Source: a virus
Lineage: Duplodnaviria; Heunggongvirae; Uroviricota; Caudoviricetes
DNA: 64,000 nucleotides
Direction: 5' to 3' (one strand)
IMG/VR virus record: IMGVR_UViG_3300043411_001076
Positions 58,203 to 64,000 of this stretch are shown piece by piece (the first letter of the stretch is position 1; every line of letters starts with the position of its first letter). The notes beneath the pieces were generated by a model, which did no database searches, had not been told where the DNA came from, and saw only the letters and a program-made list of their open reading frames with translations. The position numbers and the translations under genes are program-made.

Positions 58203-60371
58203 TTAGTCTTTAGCTACTTTTAAATCTTTCGCAGACTTTACTAAGTCATTATATATTTTTAGAATTGTCTGATTAGCATCATCCATTTGAAAATTATCAG
58301 TACTTTTTATTTGTTTACCGATAGTTTTCTCTATTGTTTTTATCTTACCTAGAACAATTTTCAATACGAGTTCGTCAATTGTTCCCTTAGCAACAATATG
58401 CACACAATAGATATTATCGTATTTAGATCCTATTCTATCAGTTCTTCCCAATATCTGCAAGTAGTTGCCACCAGAAAAAGGTATATCGTAATATATAACT
58501 ACCGACGCGCTCTGTAGATTAATGGCATGAGATGCCGCATCCGTAATAAATACTACCTTTACATCTGGATTGTTCTGGAACTCATTTTTTGCAGTATCTC
58601 TTTGTTTCTCATCCATGTCTCCGATAATTTTAACAAATTTCTTTTTCTCTGTAAAAGTTTCCTCAAAAATAGACACCATTTCGCTGAATCTCGTATATAC
58701 TACAACCTTTTCGTCTTTAAATTCACCTTCACAGAGTAAGTCTATGAGCATTTCCAATTTTACGGATGACCCTCTTCTGTCGATAAGTTTAGGATGATCT
58801 ACGATTTGTTGACAATAGATAAGTTCAGTTAGTTTCGATATCTTCTTTGCAGTTGCGTTTAAGTCCTCACCAATCTGCAACATACCTGATAAGGCTTCTG
58901 CATAGATTTGCAACTGATCATATTCCATTTCCACATAGATATCCTTGCGAATAATTGACGGGAGATCACTTGCTACTTCATATTTTAATCTTCCCAAATA
59001 ATAAGGATTGATAATCTGTGAGAACTTCTCAATATGCTTATCTGTATGTCCTGCCACCTTAGTCATACATTTATTTCCAACCATCTGAGTATACACTTTA
59101 CAGAAATTAACCAAAAAATCATTATATTCACCGAATAATCCAGGAACTACAACATTATAAATGCTATAACCCTCTAACAAATTATTTTTAATAAGGGTTG
59201 CTGTAAGCCCTATACATTTTTCTGATGCTTTTGACAGCCTTGAACATGCCAAATGCACGTCAGTAGTTAAACTCTTAAAAGCTGTACATTCATCACAGAC
59301 AAAAACAAAAGGTGTTTCCTTAAATAGATCTAGTATTATCTCCGCATCCATTGTTGCTTTTGCATAAGTTAATATCAGTACGGAAGGCCCATCTTTGTAC
59401 TCACTGAAATTAATATATTCACGTTTTCTCAAATCTTGCGTATCTACAGATAACATGCGGTATTTTTTAAATAATTCCTTAAGAGCGTGTATATCCTGTG
59501 AAGGTATTGGTTGCTCATTGGCTAATTTCTTTAAATTATCTTTTCCAAATGTAGAATCACTATAATTACCTTCTTTTTCAGCAAGATCAATCAAATACAT
59601 CAATTTTATATTATTTTTATTTGACCAGAATTTAGGATGATAAAATGGGATACCATATCTTACAGATAAGTCTCTTCTATAATCCGTAAAAAATTTCTTT
59701 GGGATGCTAGGAAAAGTCCCTCTTAAAGACTCAATAAATTCTAATTCTGAAAAAGATAAAGATTCGTTTTTGACAAATGATTTTATCACTTGTTCTAGTT
59801 TTTCCTTTACTTGTTTATCTTTTACCTTATAATATAAATAACACATCTCTGGATATATCGGATTTTCCCATAAATCCTTTTCCGAATTAATACGAGGATA
59901 CTCGAAAATAGAGTCAAATTTAGATTTGTCTTTATTAGAAAATAACTTTATTTTAATTTCTTTTACTGCTGCCTGAGTAGAAACCAAGAAAGGTTTCACG
60001 CCTACCGTAAACCTATCAATTTCAGTCCTCCACTGAGGAACCGAAGATTTACAAGAAACTATGATAACCTTTTTATTTGGTTCTGTTTCCCAAAGACAAC
60101 AACAAGCAGCTATAGCCTGTAAAGTCTTTCCCAATCCACAAGAATCACCAAGAACCATTCTTGGGGCTAAATAAGTAGATAAAGCCCCTTGTACCTGATA
60201 AGGTCTTAAAGCTAGGGGAAAAGTATTTCCATCTATGTCGTCGATAGTCTCAGATAAATATTTTAATTTTCTAAGGTTTACTTGCTTTTTTCTTACTTCT
60301 AAAATCGAATTAATAAGATACTCGGGAGTTAAATAAGTCATATCTCTTGCCTCATCATTATTTGGAATCAA
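58203..60371 (-). CDS. SNF2-family (SF2) ATPase/helicase
   Basis: LRPYQVQG, motif I DSCGLGKTLQAIA, motif II FVFVCDECTAFKS, motifs V/VI DAASHAINLQSAS...ILGRTDRIGS. Confidence 0.8.
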   Translation of the reverse strand: MIPNNDEARDMTYLTPEYLINSILEVRKKQVNLRKLKYLSETIDDIDGNTFPLALRPYQVQGALSTYLAPRMVLGDSCGLGKTLQAIAACCCLWETEPNKKVIIVSCKSSVPQWRTEIDRFTVGVKPFLVSTQAAVKEIKIKLFSNKDKSKFDSIFEYPRINSEKDLWENPIYPEMCYLYYKVKDKQVKEKLEQVIKSFVKNESLSFSELEFIESLRGTFPSIPKKFFTDYRRDLSVRYGIPFYHPKFWSNKNNIKLMYLIDLAEKEGNYSDSTFGKDNLKKLANEQPIPSQDIHALKELFKKYRMLSVDTQDLRKREYINFSEYKDGPSVLILTYAKATMDAEIILDLFKETPFVFVCDECTAFKSLTTDVHLACSRLSKASEKCIGLTATLIKNNLLEGYSIYNVVVPGLFGEYNDFLVNFCKVYTQMVGNKCMTKVAGHTDKHIEKFSQIINPYYLGRLKYEVASDLPSIIRKDIYVEMEYDQLQIYAEALSGMLQIGEDLNATAKKISKLTELIYCQQIVDHPKLIDRRGSSVKLEMLIDLLCEGEFKDEKVVVYTRFSEMVSIFEETFTEKKKFVKIIGDMDEKQRDTAKNEFQNNPDVKVVFITDAASHAINLQSASVVIYYDIPFSGGNYLQILGRTDRIGSKYDNIYCVHIVAKGTIDELVLKIVLGKIKTIEKTIGKQIKSTDNFQMDDANQTILKIYNDLVKSAKDLKVAKD

Positions 60372-61147
60372 AAGTCTACGGTAATTCTTCCAGATCCAGT
60401 ACCTATATTAAATTTAATACCGTTTGGATCATTTACAACACCCACGTCACCTGTCTGATTAATGTCAACTTCTCTATCTATAGATGCAGTAGATAGATAT
60501 AAATAACCCTTGTTATTTTGTGTTTTATTCGTTGATGGATCTCTTGAACAGAGTTCTATAGCTATATTTTCGTAAGTTATACCATATAAACCTAAAGACT
60601 GTAAAGACTTTTTAGTTCTATCAGTTAGAGTACCATTAATAGGACCACAATTAATACCTAGTCTGTGTAACTGACTCTGTATTAAAAACATAAGGTAGCC
60701 ATCATGAGATATCTTTCCAATATCCGTCATTGAAGCATACCACATAGAAGACCATGCATATTCTCCACTTCCTTCAGAATATAGTCTTTCCATAATCGGC
60801 TGCCATATACCAAAAAAATGAAATAAATCAGACCCCTCTCCTGGTAAGGGGTGTCTGTAATAAGGTAAAAATCCTAATGGATAAGCTAACGACCATACGG
60901 TACATATTTTTTCATAGACTGTCAGATTTAAGCTATTTTTACTAGAATAACGAATTAATACTTCTCTTCCTGAGTCATAGAAATTTTGTGCGTGGTTTTT
61001 TAGAACACTGTCAGAAGCATCTAAAATATCTAATATGATATTTTTCTCTCTTGCTTTTTGCTCCAAAATATGTAAAGCATAGGCTGTGTCAGTAGCCACA
61101 GATAACGCACCATATCTTGTAAGAGCAGTTCTCTTAATTATTTTCAT
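60368..61147 (-). CDS. hypothetical protein with peptidoglycan-binding-like segment (tentative)
   Basis: LHRLGINCGPINGTLTDRTKKSLQSLGL resembles PG_binding_1 repeat; N-terminal domain unrecognised. Confidence 0.4.
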   Translation of the reverse strand: MKIIKRTALTRYGALSVATDTAYALHILEQKAREKNIILDILDASDSVLKNHAQNFYDSGREVLIRYSSKNSLNLTVYEKICTVWSLAYPLGFLPYYRHPLPGEGSDLFHFFGIWQPIMERLYSEGSGEYAWSSMWYASMTDIGKISHDGYLMFLIQSQLHRLGINCGPINGTLTDRTKKSLQSLGLYGITYENIAIELCSRDPSTNKTQNNKGYLYLSTASIDREVDINQTGDVGVVNDPNGIKFNIGTGSGRITVDF

Positions 61148-61704
61148 TTTTTATCTCTATTTATATGTTGATCACAACGAGATTCGTAATTATCACCTGA
61201 ATCTAATAAGTATAATTCCTTCTTATCCTGTTTTACATAGGTATTTCTGGCTGGTGAATTACATACAAAGCATCTAGCATACAAAATCTCGACAAAATCA
61301 GCGATTTGAACTATTTTTTCGGAAATTGGAAAATAATCTCCGTTAGAGTCTGTGTCTAATCCACTTACAATAAAATTAAATCCCCTATCTAATAGACATC
61401 CAATGTACTCGATATCAGAAGCAGGGAAAAATTGGATCTCATCAATGAATATAAAATTTACGTTAGGATCTGGTTTATTAATATTAATTTCCATTTGAGA
61501 AAGACTGGACATAGAGATAGCAGGATGAGATACTCCTGTTCTTGATTTTATCAAATTTCCTTTTCTTTCATCATCAAAAGAATTTTTAAAAAGATAGGTA
61601 TTGATCGATCCAGCTTTCATTTGTAAATATTTTTCTAGTAGCCAATGAGTCTTTCCAGAAAACATACACCCTGTAACAAATAAAAGCTTGCCTCTAATAG
61701 CCAT
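61144..61704 (-). CDS. tdk: thymidine kinase (type II)
   Basis: P-loop LFVTGCMFSGKT; C-terminal zinc motif CFVCNSPARNTYV...CDQH. Confidence 0.85.
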   Translation of the reverse strand: MAIRGKLLFVTGCMFSGKTHWLLEKYLQMKAGSINTYLFKNSFDDERKGNLIKSRTGVSHPAISMSSLSQMEININKPDPNVNFIFIDEIQFFPASDIEYIGCLLDRGFNFIVSGLDTDSNGDYFPISEKIVQIADFVEILYARCFVCNSPARNTYVKQDKKELYLLDSGDNYESRCDQHINRDKK

Positions 61705-61717
61705 ATTTTAATATTTC

Positions 61718-62233
61718 CTATTTCAAGTCCGAAATTATAGACGAAAAGGTTGTTTGATAACAAGCCTCTTGTAAAGGACAACTATTACATATTTCGCTTT
61801 CAATATCAACATACCCGTAACAACTCATATTTGCTATTAATATCTTGTCATCTATAGACAAAGAGATCGGGGATAGCAGTACCTCTAAATATTTCTCAGG
61901 AAATTTAGAGTCTTCTACGGAAATAGTAATTTTTGCAGGCTTTGGTAAATCTTGTTTTACTGAAAACGAAGAATGAAATGATGTGGCAAGTATACCTAAT
62001 TTCAGAGCCTTTTTTAGTCCCTCTGGAGTTATATAATATATATCACTCTCTACATTCCGAATCCATTTTTTCTTCTTCATTGTACTTATAATAGAATTAT
62101 ATTCCGAATGTACTTTGGTTATATTCAACGGATCATCACATAAATTAGAAAAGATATCTACCAGAGTCTTCTCTTCAACAAATTCATTTGAGCATAATAC
62201 TTGTAAATAAGGTATTAGGTTAGCGTCTTCCAT
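61718..62233 (-). CDS. hypothetical protein
   Basis: 171-aa ORF. Confidence 0.45.
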   Translation of the reverse strand: MEDANLIPYLQVLCSNEFVEEKTLVDIFSNLCDDPLNITKVHSEYNSIISTMKKKKWIRNVESDIYYITPEGLKKALKLGILATSFHSSFSVKQDLPKPAKITISVEDSKFPEKYLEVLLSPISLSIDDKILIANMSCYGYVDIESEICNSCPLQEACYQTTFSSIISDLK

Positions 62234-62244
62234 TTATAATTCCT

Positions 62245-63291
62245 TTATAAATTCGTAGAATTTATTCCTGCTAAGTCAGATTCTAGTAATCTAAGTATTT
62301 TAAGACGTGTCTCTTCGTCAGGCAAACTGTCTGTCCATACTCTTATGGACCTAGCCAAGAGATTAGTTGTTTCCCCTGTTTCTTTTAGCATGTCCTGAGC
62401 ATGTCCAAGCCATCCCTTTAATGACCTAATGGAAAAATCGGCAAAAAATTGTTCATTGTCGATGGCTGAACGAATCTTAGATACTGCATTTCTTAAATCA
62501 ATCTGTATGTTTTTACACTCAGAGAAAACTAAAGGAAAACATTGCTGTAGAATAAGTTTTTCATCTTCCCACGGCATTGTTCCCATTTTAAATTTTCTTT
62601 CTATTCTATCAAATAATGACATATCAATTGGATTAGATGATAAATATTTTCCAGAAGCATCCCCTGATCCTGGACTATTACCAGTAAATACAAAGCACGT
62701 TCCTGGAAAAATAGAATATGTCACTCCATGTGGCCCTTTAATTCTTCCCTTAATAGAGTCAAGAATAAGTCTTAAAGATTCTGCTTGGCTTTTCTCTGCT
62801 CTATCAAAATCAGAAATTAATATCATATAAGGTATTTTCGTACCATCCGATAGGGTATAGCCATCCCTTATCATCTTTAATAATAAACCATCGGTAAAAA
62901 ATGTACCTTCTTTATTAAAATCTCTTAGAAAGAACCATGACTGAATATCTTCTCCTGGCCTTATCTGGAATATTTCAGAGGGTGTTTTTGTCATAGCACA
63001 ATAAGCATGAACAAATGAATCTTTTCCACAACCAGAAGTTCCCCAAATAAAGGTATGTCTTCTATTCTTTAATGCAATTACTATCTGCTGGAGAGTTTTT
63101 TCATATTTTTTATTCTTCGGAAACATATAATTATCAGGTAACATTAAACAGTCACTACTATTAACCAACCAATTTACTTTACATGGAATATCACAGATAA
63201 CAGTAAACAACGAATCGTAATTAACGCTAAAGCGTTTTTTCACATTAGCTATATGCTTTTTATATTTTTCGTAATCTATTTTTGTAAACAT
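62245..63291 (-). CDS. P-loop NTPase-like protein with atypical GKD P-loop
   Basis: IWGTSGCGKDSFVHAY (GxxxxGKD); kinase/AAA-like fold inferred. Confidence 0.45.
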   Translation of the reverse strand: MFTKIDYEKYKKHIANVKKRFSVNYDSLFTVICDIPCKVNWLVNSSDCLMLPDNYMFPKNKKYEKTLQQIVIALKNRRHTFIWGTSGCGKDSFVHAYCAMTKTPSEIFQIRPGEDIQSWFFLRDFNKEGTFFTDGLLLKMIRDGYTLSDGTKIPYMILISDFDRAEKSQAESLRLILDSIKGRIKGPHGVTYSIFPGTCFVFTGNSPGSGDASGKYLSSNPIDMSLFDRIERKFKMGTMPWEDEKLILQQCFPLVFSECKNIQIDLRNAVSKIRSAIDNEQFFADFSIRSLKGWLGHAQDMLKETGETTNLLARSIRVWTDSLPDEETRLKILRLLESDLAGINSTNL

Positions 63292-63302
63292 GGAAATCCA
63301 AA

Positions 63303-64000
63303 ATGAGTAATGATAATATACTATATCTTAAAGGTGATCTATATTATAATACCCACAAGATGACTGTTTTCTCTATATTAGGTAAAAAGTCTCCGACTAT
63401 TGAATCCAAACACCATAAATTAAGTAGTAATCATTTTTTCGTATATAGAGAATTAATGCAGGCTCTTTTTTTATTATCTGATAGTCTAACAGAAGATGAA
63501 CAAGCAGGTACTATCTATAGATATATAGAAAATAAGAAATCTAAATACATGAAAAATGAAAAAACGAATATAACTATACCTGACACACCTTTTAAACTTC
63601 CTGTAAAATTGGCAGAGTGTCTAATAGGAGGAATATATAGGGAATCATGGAAAATTCTATTCAATCCTCCTATATCCGAAAGACTTCCTAATATAGTAGA
63701 GATCAAAAATATACTTAAACAGATCCCAACAAGAGACTGGATAGAGTATAAAAATATTATTTTGGCACTTTATGATTTGATAGAAGATATCAGAATCCTA
63801 TCATTAGGACTACAAAAATATCCTAATACAGAGCCAAAAATAAACAGTTTATGGGAAGCCATAGCAAAGAAAGAAACTATAGACTTAGAAAATCCTTTTC
63901 CTATAAAAATAATACTTCATATGCTAAGAGACTTATGGCTAGGTAATCAGAATTCTGATTTATATCATGATCTGATGGATACGTATAGAGAGAAGTTTCC
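63303..64000 (+). CDS. hypothetical protein, 5' part of an ORF that runs off the window end
   Basis: ATG 63303 with no in-frame stop to position 64000 (232 codons); absent from ORF track because incomplete. Confidence 0.45.
   Translation, partial: MSNDNILYLKGDLYYNTHKMTVFSILGKKSPTIESKHHKLSSNHFFVYRELMQALFLLSDSLTEDEQAGTIYRYIENKKSKYMKNEKTNITIPDTPFKLPVKLAECLIGGIYRESWKILFNPPISERLPNIVEIKNILKQIPTRDWIEYKNIILALYDLIEDIRILSLGLQKYPNTEPKINSLWEAIAKKETIDLENPFPIKIILHMLRDLWLGNQNSDLYHDLMDTYREKF

Noticed and set aside
60368-61147. Endolysin call for the ORF with a PG-binding-like segment
   Set aside because: Only one weak PG_binding_1-like repeat was found, with no recognisable catalytic domain. It is embedded in the replication/nucleotide-metabolism operon. 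It is kept as hypothetical.
1-64000. Eukaryotic giant virus (NCLDV) origin, suggested by AT-richness, inteins, RNR/TK/SNF2 and LRR proteins
   Set aside because: Shine-Dalgarno motifs, rho-independent terminators, an ECF-like sigma factor, a lipobox signal peptide, DnaB/DnaG-ZBD and a family A polymerase indicate a bacteriophage. No NCLDV hallmark genes (capping enzyme, poly(A) polymerase, VLTF3, PolB, MCP) were seen.

Overview
This is AT-rich (about one-third GC) dsDNA with tightly packed genes. Start codons are preceded by AAGGA(A/G) Shine-Dalgarno-like purine runs, stop/start overlaps of the ATGA/GTGA type are common, and there are many GC hairpin plus T-run intrinsic terminators. Together with a sigma-70/ECF-like sigma factor, this points to a large (jumbo-type) bacteriophage rather than a eukaryotic giant virus. 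The host is unknown; strong Shine-Dalgarno use and internalin-type LRR proteins are weak hints toward a Gram-positive or intracellular bacterium.

Layout of the window:
- 1-19.7 kb, + strand: accessory or host-takeover cluster. It holds an ADP-ribosylglycohydrolase, a Ro60-like TROVE+vWA protein, a PAP2 phosphatase, two degenerate GyrB-N-terminal-like proteins flanking a HIT hydrolase, four tandem small paralogs, and an SPFH-like lipoprotein. It is followed by an array of paralogous MDxERL-family genes interleaved with opposite-strand leucine-rich-repeat genes (15.5-23.1 kb).
- 23-37 kb, - strand: ribonucleotide reductase (class II-like active site) carrying a LAGLIDADG intein at the catalytic Cys, a sigma factor, an orphan glycyl-radical-enzyme activase, and a soluble FtsH-like AAA+/M41 protease.
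- 42-63 kb, - strand: replication module. It holds a 1650-aa protein with a UvrD-like helicase carrying a mini-intein in motif III, a family A DNA polymerase with Cys4 inserts, a DnaG-type zinc-binding domain, a DnaB-family helicase with a non-canonical P-loop, an SNF2 ATPase and a thymidine kinase.

Most other ORFs are hypothetical. Several ORF-track starts are TTG/GTG extensions; I give the nearest ATG with a ribosome-binding site where that is clear. No tRNA, rRNA or CRISPR array was recognised by eye.
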